A stretch of 64,000 bases of DNA from Candidatus Latescibacterota bacterium (GCA_965116885.1 OZ220741.1:4992001-5056000), one strand, 5' to 3'. Shown: positions 51,601 to 59,382, counted from the first letter of the stretch. The notes: generated by a model not told the origin, from the sequence alone. Numbers and translations are program-made.

Positions 51601-51684
51601 CTGCTCTTCAACTTTGACGGCACCGTACAATCTGGCCTCGGCGCCCCACGCGAAGTGCAAATCGGCATGCGATACGTTTTTTGA
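48676..51684 (+). CDS. TonB-dependent receptor, Oar-like, with an N-terminal carboxypeptidase regulatory-like domain
   Basis: LPNNGRNF...LTPGV, AEFGRSSGG.VNVITKSGTN, FVQDSW...LNYGLRWE, C-terminal RYVF. Confidence 0.9.
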   Translation: MTRLHTPIRVLSFLFLCATLLHAPTWAQSQATTGVIRGFVWDQFGNPIGNATIALKETSTNYQRTLTSSDLGIFTATLLPLGFYDITVQAAGQAEVRQTGVQVRVGETVELVFKMALQMDEVLIEATRPAVDITQSETATRLPEAAVQDLPNNGRNFLNLTLLTPGVSIVQGPDGDELTIAGQRGIHNNISVDGADFNNPFFGEQRGGQRPAFTFNLNAVAEMVVIPQGANAEFGRSSGGFVNVITKSGTNQFHGSVHFFGKHDALSSTARHNGIERTPNFKQGQFGFTLGGPLKKDKAFFFAAYDQQIFRDTRQNNIERGDARLRHFMASAFNLSDDYGAIDRTNDAHAFLLKVDYHLSEEHSATFKYNYTWSEQENGTFDVDSWARSANAIERDWSHAFNGSLISLLSPSTINEFRFQIAREDRPRPYGGPQNSNTGRPFPDTGMDFVHGYRFGMPFFIPIEYYDSRIQLLNNISISKDNHLIKAGIEWNRVESVQTFIGFANGRYIFNSVDGFLNFVQQGNSYVECSDGSTSTTGTCPEGTEITGPVLIYLQQSGVGGLSVEEAGTQKIPQHELALFVQDSWQPSNKLTLNYGLRWEAQIQPDVITDPDEVFFADFIGKTVTNQTGTYTFPSNGKIPSAWDMFQPRLGIAYDVHGDNKTLLRGSAGIYYARIPGLNLAGTRSTNGSRGQSIFRSSALTPILGPPPTYGELLPSPTGDPFRPNIFVFDKNFKNPRTISTHVGLERELHAKGVVGTFGYTYSRTGNLTRFINRNDAVFGSPWSTGLGPDSSNGVGDLAVVESTAKSRYHGLSFGLRQMVQDKFQFQMNYTLSWDKSDDDNERDPFTFRYVDATQLDREWGYSDRDQRHRFNLWTLSRLPGDIFLNNRVSYYSAQPTSASCTDQPTTNPWGATSDRICADGSIIQRNTLRKDNAFFSWDTRLSRPIPLGNGHLEAIVEIFNLLNTDNFRDPSTAGLLFNFDGTVQSGLGAPREVQIGMRYVF

Positions 51685-51703
51685 TTGCAGTGAGAGATAA
51701 AAA

Positions 51704-52318
51704 ATGAGTGAATTTCAGTCAAGTTATCGCGAACCGGAGCCGCTTAAGCCTGAAACCCTCTTTGCCCAAAAGGGCCAGCCGACCTCCTTTTCGGTACTGG
51801 ACTTCTGGGTCTGGATGGCTTCCGACGTATTGAACAACACCCTGCGTGGCATGGTCGCGGAGTACATCGTAAGTCAAGCCATGGAGGCATGTACACCGGT
51901 CAGGGTCGAGTGGGATACTGTCGATATAACGACGCCCGAGGGGCTTAAAATTGAAGTCAAGTCATCCGCATATCTCCAGTCCTGGCATCAGAATCGACCA
52001 TCTGCAATTTCATTCGGTATCGCAAAGACATATCCCTGGGATTGGAAAACAAACCAGTACGGAGAAACGCAAATTCGCAGCGCAGATGTATATGTATTTT
52101 GCGTTCTCGCTCATTTGGACGGCCAGACCGTCAATCCTCTTGAGTTGACTCAGTGGGAATTTTATATTTTACCAACGAGCACGCTTGATTCCTCTCTCGG
52201 AAACCAGAAGACAGTATCGCTCTCGCGGCTAAAAGATCTGGGAGCCGTAGCACTGGGTTATGACCAGATCCGCAACGCTGTCCTGAAGGCGTGCAATGAT
52301 GGACAGAAAAAGATATAA
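51704..52318 (+). CDS. Putative PD-(D/E)XK nuclease-fold protein
   Basis: LRGMVAEYIV...VDI...IEVKSSAYLQSW and ADVYVF pattern. Confidence 0.6.
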   Translation: MSEFQSSYREPEPLKPETLFAQKGQPTSFSVLDFWVWMASDVLNNTLRGMVAEYIVSQAMEACTPVRVEWDTVDITTPEGLKIEVKSSAYLQSWHQNRPSAISFGIAKTYPWDWKTNQYGETQIRSADVYVFCVLAHLDGQTVNPLELTQWEFYILPTSTLDSSLGNQKTVSLSRLKDLGAVALGYDQIRNAVLKACNDGQKKI

Positions 52319-52327
52319 CAACAAAAA

Positions 52328-52358
52328 AAGCCTGATGACCAAGTAGGTCCTCAGGCTT
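52328..52358. terminator. Hairpin between convergent genes
   Basis: AAGCCTGA-TGACC...GGTC-C-TCAGGCTT preceded by an A-run. Confidence 0.55.
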
Positions 52359-52382
52359 AATATTTTGGGGGTCATCTATCAG

Positions 52383-52610
52383 CTATATCTTTGTCAATTC
52401 GGGAATGTGCTCTTCCTCATATTTCTCAATCAGCACACCAATGACTTCCATCATTGAGGCGAGGGGGTGATCTTCATTCTCGCCTATCACATCAATCAAA
52501 TCGTCCAGTATAGCCACAAGCCGTTGATATTCGCTCTCATCATGGGGAACGAACACAACAGGAGTTAGCACGGGCCATACATCCTGAGCTGTTCGTATTT
52601 CCGATACCAT
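52383..52610 (-). CDS. HigA-like antitoxin, N-terminal domain only (no HTH)
   Basis: HDESEYQRLVAILDDLID.IGENEDHPLAS...LIEKYE matches the N-terminus of HigA; stops before the HTH. Confidence 0.7.
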   Translation of the reverse strand: MVSEIRTAQDVWPVLTPVVFVPHDESEYQRLVAILDDLIDVIGENEDHPLASMMEVIGVLIEKYEEEHIPELTKI

Positions 52611-52619
52611 AATCTACTC

Positions 52620-52698
52620 TTTCCCTTTATCGAAACTCGTCATGCGTCAAAACCGCACGAATGTAATTTTCTGTCGGTTGTAATGTATTGCTGCGATG
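52620..52698 (-). pseudogene. higB toxin C-terminal remnant, frameshifted
   Basis: Minus strand gives IAAIHYNRQKI, then in another frame YIRAVLTHDE; this is the HigB C-terminal signature with the 5' part missing. Confidence 0.7.
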
Positions 52699-52930
52699 TC
52701 CACATTGCAGGGATTCACTTTGAAACTCGACGATATATTTTAAGTGCTCATTGGAATCAAATACCTTGACAAAAGTTAAAAATCGGCTATTTCTTAGTTG
52801 GAAGTAATCAATCACTTGAGCCAAAAATATGAGCCATTTTGCGAGTATCAAACAGAAGCGATTGAGTATGCGGCCAGCCCCGCGAACAACGCATCATCAG
52901 AGAGGCGGACAACTCCGAAGGTGATAACCA

Positions 52931-53110
52931 ATGAAGCCTGAAAACAAATCTCTGAGTCCCGAATGGTTACGGCGTCTGAGAGATACCAATTCCCAAAAAG
53001 ATCCCGAAGAAGCTCAGGATCGTCGAGAAGCTGCACTGCAACTTGCCAAACGTTTCGGTATAAAAATATCCAAATCAGACACTTGCCAAAAAAGGCAGAG
53101 AGCGTTTTAG
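52931..53110 (+). CDS. Small hypothetical protein (59 aa, not in the ORF track)
   Basis: GAAGGTG RBS; MKPENKSLSPEWLRRLRDTNSQKDPEEAQDRREAALQLAKRFGIKISKSDTCQKRQRAF. Confidence 0.4.
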   Translation: MKPENKSLSPEWLRRLRDTNSQKDPEEAQDRREAALQLAKRFGIKISKSDTCQKRQRAF

Positions 53111-53191
53111 GGCTTTGCTACACCCTCAAAAATTCGCATCCTCGGCGACATTATTGAACCACGCGCATTCAGCGCACACAAGGAGCCTAAC

Positions 53192-53626
53192 ATGTCTATG
53201 GTGCCAGTAAGTCCACCAGAGGAAAATGAAGTCTCTTGGTTGGTTTGTCAATCATTACTAAACCGTTTTGAGGAAAAAGGGCATGCTTATCTGGATAATT
53301 ATTTTCGCAAAGAACCTGAATCCCCTGCTCCACTGCAAGAGGACGAACCAGTTCGCTGGATAAAGGCTAATTTGCCGTTACCTGGCGGACATCACGTTGT
53401 TATCTTTGAGGAATTTCGAGACGGATCATGGGCGGTGTTTTTTGAAGATTTTCCGAGCATTATTGGTGGTAGCAATGATAGTTGGGAAGATGCGATGGAT
53501 GTCTTGGTCGAGATTGTTTGCGACGATATTCAAGATATTAAAGAACTCAAAAAACCCAAAGACAGCGATTGTTCCCCGTATCAGAAAAGGCGATATAAGT
53601 TCTTAAAAGAGGTCTTCAAGGTATGA
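53192..53626 (+). CDS. HicB-like antitoxin with an N-terminal extension
   Basis: AGGAG RBS; VIFEE..DGSWAVFFEDFPSII...SWEDAM resembles the HicB fold; overlaps the next gene (ATGA). Confidence 0.55.
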   Translation: MSMVPVSPPEENEVSWLVCQSLLNRFEEKGHAYLDNYFRKEPESPAPLQEDEPVRWIKANLPLPGGHHVVIFEEFRDGSWAVFFEDFPSIIGGSNDSWEDAMDVLVEIVCDDIQDIKELKKPKDSDCSPYQKRRYKFLKEVFKV

Positions 53627-53892
53627 CTTTGGCAGAACACAGGCAAAAGGTTCTTAGAAAGCTCGGATTTGTTCATGATGGAGGGAAAAAACATGAAAAA
53701 TGGGTATTCCCAAAAGAAACAAAGCGTGTAAAAACAGGTGTAAGTCACGGAAATGGAGATGTTGGACACGGCCTTCTGAAATCATTTTGTAACCAATTGC
53801 ACATCACGAAACAGCAATATCAAAAGATTGCCTCTTGCAACATGTCCAAAGAAAGCTATTACAAGCACTTGGTCAATATTGAGATTATTTAG
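53623..53892 (+). CDS. HicA-like toxin
   Basis: Basic 89 aa; LRKLGF...GKKHEKW...VSHG..DVGHGLLKS..NQL. Confidence 0.65.
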   Translation: MTLAEHRQKVLRKLGFVHDGGKKHEKWVFPKETKRVKTGVSHGNGDVGHGLLKSFCNQLHITKQQYQKIASCNMSKESYYKHLVNIEII

Positions 53893-53984
53893 GATGCGAT
53901 GAAAGATTAGAACAAATTTAGAAATAGTTATTCTATCTACCAACTACAGCAGTCGGGCCTCTTACGATGAGAGCCCCGACCGCC

Positions 53985-54035
53985 TTGACAACACCTAATT
54001 TTTCGGCTATTTTGCAGTGTGATTGCAAAATAGCC
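53985..54035 (+). promoter_or_regulatory. Sigma70 promoter with an overlapping palindromic operator
   Basis: TTGACA-17 nt-TATTTT; GGCTATTTTGCA-7 nt-TGCAAAATAGCC perfect inverted repeat over the -10. Confidence 0.7.
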
Positions 54036-54055
54036 ATTTTTTTTGGTATATCAAA

Positions 54056-55267
54056 ATGTACATTTCCCGAACACTTGAACCCTTTGTCGCATCTTCCCGA
54101 TTTCCCGTCCTCATGCTCTCTGGAGCCAGACAGGTTGGCAAGACGACATTTTTAAGGCACTTAAGCGAACCAGACCGAACATACATCACCCTGGACGATC
54201 CGCTTGTCCAGAGCCTGGCAAAAGAAGACCCGGCCCTGTTCATGCAGCGTTACCCACCGCCTGTGCTCATTGACGAAATCCAATACGCGCCAGAGCTATT
54301 GCCCCATATCAAAATCGCCGTGGATCGAGACCGCTCGCCCGGTCAATTCTGGCTTACGGGATCGCAACAATTTCATCTGATGAAAGGCGTATCCGAATCT
54401 ATAGCTGGTCGGGTGGGCATCGTGCAGCTTTTCGGTCTTTCGAGACGCGAGCGAATCGGGAGCGACTCATCTCCATTCTTGCCGGTCTCCGACGCTATTC
54501 ACAACAGACTCCAGACCGGAGATACCCTCGGTCTGCAAGAACTCTACAGGCTGATATGGCGCGGCGACTTTCCAGCTATTGCTCTAGACGACCTTATGGA
54601 TTGGAATCTATTTTACAGTTCATACTTGCAAACCTATCTCCAGCGTGATATTCGAGACCTCGCCCGGGTGGGCGATGAGCTATCCTTTCTCCGATTTCTC
54701 AGGGCTACCGCTGCCCGAACCGCACAAATGTTAAATTTTTCGGACCTGGCGCGCGATGCGGATGTTGCCCCAAACACGGCAAAAACATGGCTTTCCATTT
54801 TACAGGCTTCCGGAATCATCTATCTTCTGGAACCCTATTATACCAACCTCACCAAACGACTGGTGAGAAGTCCCAAACTCTATTTTCTCGATACCGGACT
54901 ATGTGCCTACCTCACCGAATGGACCAGCCCTGAAACACTGGAAGCTGGCGCAATGTCCGGCCCCATTTTGGAATCGTGGATCGTGAGTGAACTGTTGAAA
55001 AGCTACCGGCACAACGGTCACATGCCCCCGTTCTATTACTACCGGGATCGAGACGGAAAAGAAATAGATCTCCTCATCTTGCAGGATGGTACAATCTATC
55101 CGATAGAAATTAAAAAAACCGCCTCCCCCAACAAAAACCACGTCCAGAATTTCTGCGTACTAAAAAAATTAAACATGCCCATTGGACCCGGCGGTGTCAT
55201 CTGCTTATCAGAACAATTTTTACCACTCACAGAAACTGCCATGTCGATTCCCGTATCCGCCCTTTGA
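54056..55267 (+). CDS. AAA_14 ATPase with DUF4143 (C-terminal PD-(D/E)XK-like motif)
   Basis: GARQVGKTT, IDEIQ, LTGS, SPKLYFLDTG and EIDL...PIEIK motifs. Confidence 0.9.
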   Translation: MYISRTLEPFVASSRFPVLMLSGARQVGKTTFLRHLSEPDRTYITLDDPLVQSLAKEDPALFMQRYPPPVLIDEIQYAPELLPHIKIAVDRDRSPGQFWLTGSQQFHLMKGVSESIAGRVGIVQLFGLSRRERIGSDSSPFLPVSDAIHNRLQTGDTLGLQELYRLIWRGDFPAIALDDLMDWNLFYSSYLQTYLQRDIRDLARVGDELSFLRFLRATAARTAQMLNFSDLARDADVAPNTAKTWLSILQASGIIYLLEPYYTNLTKRLVRSPKLYFLDTGLCAYLTEWTSPETLEAGAMSGPILESWIVSELLKSYRHNGHMPPFYYYRDRDGKEIDLLILQDGTIYPIEIKKTASPNKNHVQNFCVLKKLNMPIGPGGVICLSEQFLPLTETAMSIPVSAL

Positions 55268-55274
55268 TGGACAG

Positions 55275-55341
55275 CGGGCAGGCACAGGGGCACTGCCCCT
55301 ACAAAACATTAACGGGCAGGCACAGGGGCACTGCCCCTACA
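55275..55341 (-). repeat. Tandem GTAG-type REP pair
   Basis: Two identical 29-bp units CGGGCAGGCACAGGGGCACTGCCCCTACA (55275-55303 and 55313-55341). Confidence 0.8.
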
Positions 55342-55372
55342 TCAATGGACAGACCCTATAGCAGGAGCATCT

Positions 55373-56332
55373 ATGATACCCGATCTCTTACCCTTAAAAC
55401 CCTACCTCCGCGAAACCGTCTGGGGAGGGCGCAGCCTGGGGACACACTGCAACAAAGCACTCCCCCCGGATGTGCCCATTGGCGAATCGTGGGAAGTCTC
55501 GGCATACAAAGGGATGGAAAGCACTGTTGCGGACGGTCCCCTTGCCGGACAAAATCTCGCAGACCTCGTCGCAATTTACGGCGCAGACCTCCTCGGCCAG
55601 CGCGTTATCCAGCGTTACGGCACCGAATTCCCCTTGCTCATCAAACTCCTCGACGCGCGCGACGACCTCTCCATTCAGGTACACCCCGACGACACCTACA
55701 CCCGTGCAGAAAACCTGGGCACCTATGGCAAAACAGAAGCGTGGTACGTACTCAAATCAGATCAGGGACGCGTGGCGTGTGGCCTGAAAGACGGCGTTGA
55801 CAAACACAGCCTGAAACTATCCATCCGCGAAAACCGCGTCCAAGACACCGTACAATTCTTCGATGTACAGGAAGGCGATGTAATCTTCGTACCCCCCGGC
55901 ACAGTACATGCCCTGTGCCAGAACGTCATGATCTACGAAGTACAACAATCCAGCGACCTCACCTTTCGCATCTACGACTACAACCGCCCCGGCACCGACG
56001 GCAAGCCGCGCGAACTGCACATTGACCGCGCCCTCGACGTCATCGCCTTTGACGCACCCGCGCCAGAACCGTGGAACTCACGCCACGAAGCAAACACCAC
56101 ACTCATCGGAGATGAAGACACCGAATACTTCCGCCTCGAACGCTTCGCCCCTGCGGGCACCGTCCAACACACTTATCCCACATTCGCGGCACTCACCATC
56201 CTCGCCGGTCAAGCCCAACTAAACAAAACCCACACCGCTCAAACAGGCGACACCTTCTTCATCCCGGCCAATCGAACCGTCACCGTCTCGCCCAAAGAAC
56301 AGGTGGAATATTTAATCTCATCATGTGGGTAG
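55373..56332 (+). CDS. manA: Class I mannose-6-phosphate isomerase (cupin)
   Basis: VWGG, IGESWE, FPLLIKLLDA..LSIQVHP, GKTEAW, PGTVHA and EVQQSSDLTFRIYDY motifs. Confidence 0.9.
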   Translation: MIPDLLPLKPYLRETVWGGRSLGTHCNKALPPDVPIGESWEVSAYKGMESTVADGPLAGQNLADLVAIYGADLLGQRVIQRYGTEFPLLIKLLDARDDLSIQVHPDDTYTRAENLGTYGKTEAWYVLKSDQGRVACGLKDGVDKHSLKLSIRENRVQDTVQFFDVQEGDVIFVPPGTVHALCQNVMIYEVQQSSDLTFRIYDYNRPGTDGKPRELHIDRALDVIAFDAPAPEPWNSRHEANTTLIGDEDTEYFRLERFAPAGTVQHTYPTFAALTILAGQAQLNKTHTAQTGDTFFIPANRTVTVSPKEQVEYLISSCG

Positions 56333-56336
56333 ATTG

Positions 56337-56603
56337 CTAAACCTGTGCTTCGCCGTAGAGGTCAATACGTGCGCGGAGGGAGGGTTTGATGAAAACATCA
56401 TCGAGGGGCAATTGGGAAAAAGCGTGTGCGAGAATATCGACCTGCGTGGGCACATCGAGGCGGTAATCGAGAATCAGGCGCTGTTCGCCGCGCACGACAC
56501 ACAGGCCACCGGTACCACCCATGAGGTCTTCGCGGAATAAGGGAATATTCAGGCGATGGGCAAGGGCTTCAAATTCTTGAAGAAGTTGGGAATCGGTCAT
56601 CAT
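56337..56603 (-). CDS. Conserved hypothetical protein (IrrE/ImmA-like fold lacking HExxH)
   Basis: LAHRLNIPL...GGLCVVRGEQRLILD...LDDVFIKPSLR. Confidence 0.55.
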   Translation of the reverse strand: MMTDSQLLQEFEALAHRLNIPLFREDLMGGTGGLCVVRGEQRLILDYRLDVPTQVDILAHAFSQLPLDDVFIKPSLRARIDLYGEAQV

Positions 56604-56708
56604 GTAAAAACCGAAGACTGGAACTGGAGGAAGGACACACCTGATATTTGCAAATATAGCCAATTAAAAAAAATACACAAATGGATCGGCGAAGGTCGGT
56701 CCATTTTT

Positions 56709-58328
56709 TTATGCAATAATATGCTCTTTGATATATTCTTTCAGGACAGATAACGTATTTGCATCCCCCGGCAAGAGCGGGAGGCCACCGATTCCATAAG
56801 ACAGACTGGTATAAAAAGCATGGGTCTGATACGCGGAATCCACCTGAGCGGGAAACAGAACAACAGCACTTTTGAGAATGCGTTGAAAATCCGTATCTAT
56901 CACCTGGCCGATAGCGTCTCTATAAGCGTGCATTTTATCAATATCCTCGCGCAGAGGAATCCACGTCCCATTGTAATCTTCGCGGCGATATTTGGCGTCA
57001 AATGCATAAATAGCGCGCTCGCTACTGGATTTAGGCATTCCAGCACATGCATTCGAGTTGTTGATCTCGATAATCATATCGGGTCTCAGATCATGTGTAA
57101 GCGCACGTCCCGACGAGGTGGTATAGGTCATATTGTAAAGACAACGGATGCGGCACTCACCGCGCTGAAGATATATCGCAGAGGCTTCCCCCTGCGCGGG
57201 AGAAACGCTCAGACCTCGGTTGGTCAGGTGAAAAAGGTTATCGTCGCGAATCGGAACAAAGCCGATATCACACAAAGTATGAACGAGCGTAAAATAGACC
57301 CAGTATTCGTAAAGCGCGTGCGTATCGCGAAAGGACAGATCAAATGGACCACCCGTACAGGGCACAAGCGCGCGATTGAGATCGCGAATGAGCGCGAAAG
57401 CCCTCTGGTAACGCACATCGAGATAAACGGGCAAAGCGTCATCGCGTCGCGCAGGTGGCAAAGGGAGCAAACGCAAGTAGCGATCCACGTATATTTTCAG
57501 GCGATGCCCCAAATCGGTATGTGCAATAGATCTCGCGCGCAGTGACAGACGCTTTAAGTGTGCAACGAGATGGCGATTGAGCGGCGTATCAATATCGGAA
57601 TGGCGATGGGTCTCGCGCAAATGCGTACAGCCGATACCGTCCGCCAACGGCAAATGTGGGAGATCGGCCCCGCTATGCGTCCAGAATTGTGGCGAGCGAA
57701 TCATGTGAGCAATCGCATCGGGATCGCGGCCCTGTGCGCGATCAACCGCGCGGATGTGTTGAACGGTTTTGAGACGGCGATGCGGGCGTTTGAGAATCGC
57801 ATGCAAAGTGCGGACGAGTTGATTCAAAAGACGATCCAGCACTTGATGAAAGTCTAAATTGCTACCTCTATCATCTATCAGACGAGTCGTAATACGGGTT
57901 TGATCGGGCAAAAGGTAAACGAGTTCGCGGCTGATGCGCTCGAGATCAGCGCGCATGATTTGATAATCGGTTTCGTAGTCGAGATGCGAGGGGCGCACAT
58001 CGAGTTCGACATAGAGCAGATCGACATTATCCGAGCGAATGCAAAAACGGATGTGCCCCGGATGATCGCCCGTTGCGAGCCGTCCCCACAGCGCGTGCCC
58101 ATCGCGGAGAAAACCGAGGGTCTCAGCGGGTTGATCGTCGATATAGACCGAAATATCTTTCTCATTCAGTGGACGGATGAGACAGTTGCACTCGGTAGCT
58201 TCTACCAGGTGATCAGAAAATACCTGCCCCTGCACCGGAGAGAGCAAAATGCGGGCATAATCATTTTCCGCAACAAGACCATCGGATGTTTTCGAAAAGG
58301 AAGCGCGGATGTGTTGACCTGAGTCCAT
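56709..58328 (-). CDS. DUF2357/McrC-like PD-(D/E)XK nuclease
   Basis: LDYETDY, DTPLNR, LYEYW, RPD...FDAKYR and DIDKMHAYRDAI motifs. Confidence 0.8.
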   Translation of the reverse strand: MDSGQHIRASFSKTSDGLVAENDYARILLSPVQGQVFSDHLVEATECNCLIRPLNEKDISVYIDDQPAETLGFLRDGHALWGRLATGDHPGHIRFCIRSDNVDLLYVELDVRPSHLDYETDYQIMRADLERISRELVYLLPDQTRITTRLIDDRGSNLDFHQVLDRLLNQLVRTLHAILKRPHRRLKTVQHIRAVDRAQGRDPDAIAHMIRSPQFWTHSGADLPHLPLADGIGCTHLRETHRHSDIDTPLNRHLVAHLKRLSLRARSIAHTDLGHRLKIYVDRYLRLLPLPPARRDDALPVYLDVRYQRAFALIRDLNRALVPCTGGPFDLSFRDTHALYEYWVYFTLVHTLCDIGFVPIRDDNLFHLTNRGLSVSPAQGEASAIYLQRGECRIRCLYNMTYTTSSGRALTHDLRPDMIIEINNSNACAGMPKSSSERAIYAFDAKYRREDYNGTWIPLREDIDKMHAYRDAIGQVIDTDFQRILKSAVVLFPAQVDSAYQTHAFYTSLSYGIGGLPLLPGDANTLSVLKEYIKEHIIA

Positions 58329-58381
58329 TGTTCGCGTAGATTTCAAAAGGGGTTGTTTTTCACCATTTCAAGGAGGTTGCT

Positions 58382-58681
58382 ATGGCTGTTGATATTACAA
58401 TAAAAAATATGCCGTCTAATCTCTACAAAAAATTGAAGGCACGCGCCACTGCACACCGTCGCAGTGTGAATAGCGAGGCAATCAATTGCTTAGAGAAAGT
58501 CTTGAATCCCCAGCACGCAGATCAAAATTTACAGGATCCTACTGATAATCTCGATAATCCTAACCAAACGGAAGAATTGCTGGCCAAGATCAAGGACCTG
58601 CACAAGCGCGTTCCCCCTATTCCCCCTCATTTTTCGACGGATGAATTTTTGAGAAAAGCCAAAGAGGAGGGGCGGCCTTGA
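58382..58681 (+). CDS. Arc/FitA-like ribbon-helix-helix antitoxin
   Basis: ITIKNMPSNLYKKLKARATAHRRSVNSE; C-terminal AKEEGRP. Confidence 0.8.
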   Translation: MAVDITIKNMPSNLYKKLKARATAHRRSVNSEAINCLEKVLNPQHADQNLQDPTDNLDNPNQTEELLAKIKDLHKRVPPIPPHFSTDEFLRKAKEEGRP

Positions 58682-59316
58682 TTCGTGCAATTTTGTGGGA
58701 CAATGATGGCGTGCTGGTAGATACCGAAGGTCTGTACTTTCAGGCGGGACATGAGATATTGGCAACACAAGGCGTTGAACTAACGCATAGGGATTTTGCC
58801 GAACAATCGCTACAAAAAGGGCTGAGCGTATTCGATTTTCTGCCCGATCAAAATGCCGAATTGATCGAGGAACTGCGCTTGAAACGCAACGCGCGGTACA
58901 GCGCATTATTAGCCGAAGGCGTGCAGGTCGTGGATGGCGTGGTAGAAACACTCGAAACATTCTATGGTCGGGTACAAATGGGCATCGTGACGGGTTCTCG
59001 CAGAGATCACTTCGACATTGTTCACGCATACACGGATTTGCTTCCATTCTTCGATTTTGTGCTGGCAAGAGAAGATTACGAAGAAGCAAAACCACATCCA
59101 GATGCGTATTTGACGGCCATGCGATTGCACGGGCTACAACCCGATGACTGTGTTGTTGTGGAAGATTCTGAGCGCGGATGTGTCGCGGCAGCAGCGGCTG
59201 GCTTGCGCGTGCTCGCCGTGCCAAATGCACTGTCGAAATACGGAGACTTTTCATCTGCGTACAAAATACTGAACTCGGTGCGAGATGTCGTAGATGAGAT
59301 AGAGAAGTTGGATTGA
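58678..59316 (+). CDS. HAD family phosphatase (beta-PGM-like)
   Basis: WDNDGVLVDTE, VTGS, KPHPDAY and VEDS..G motifs. Confidence 0.9.
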   Translation: MIRAILWDNDGVLVDTEGLYFQAGHEILATQGVELTHRDFAEQSLQKGLSVFDFLPDQNAELIEELRLKRNARYSALLAEGVQVVDGVVETLETFYGRVQMGIVTGSRRDHFDIVHAYTDLLPFFDFVLAREDYEEAKPHPDAYLTAMRLHGLQPDDCVVVEDSERGCVAAAAAGLRVLAVPNALSKYGDFSSAYKILNSVRDVVDEIEKLD

Positions 59317-59328
59317 AAAGGATAAAAT

Positions 59329-59354
59329 GTAGGGGCGACCCTCGTGGTCGCCCG
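59329..59354 (+). repeat. GTAG-type REP
   Basis: GTAGGGGCGACCCTCGTGGTCGCCCG. Confidence 0.7.
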
Positions 59355-59382
59355 CACACTTAACAAACAAAATGAGGAATGT

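Noticed and set aside
52627..52851. 74-aa ORF as an intact HigB
   Set aside because: Only the last residues match HigB; the upstream part is unrelated AT-rich sequence
55275..55341. Possible mini-CRISPR (two 29-bp repeats)
   Set aside because: The spacer is only 9 nt, the unit is a GTAG-REP, and there are no cas genes
57015..57065. Apparent insertion NNSNACAGMPKSSSER in the DUF2357 nuclease
   Set aside because: The loop between the PD and DAK motifs is variable in this fold; no repeat signature to support an insertion
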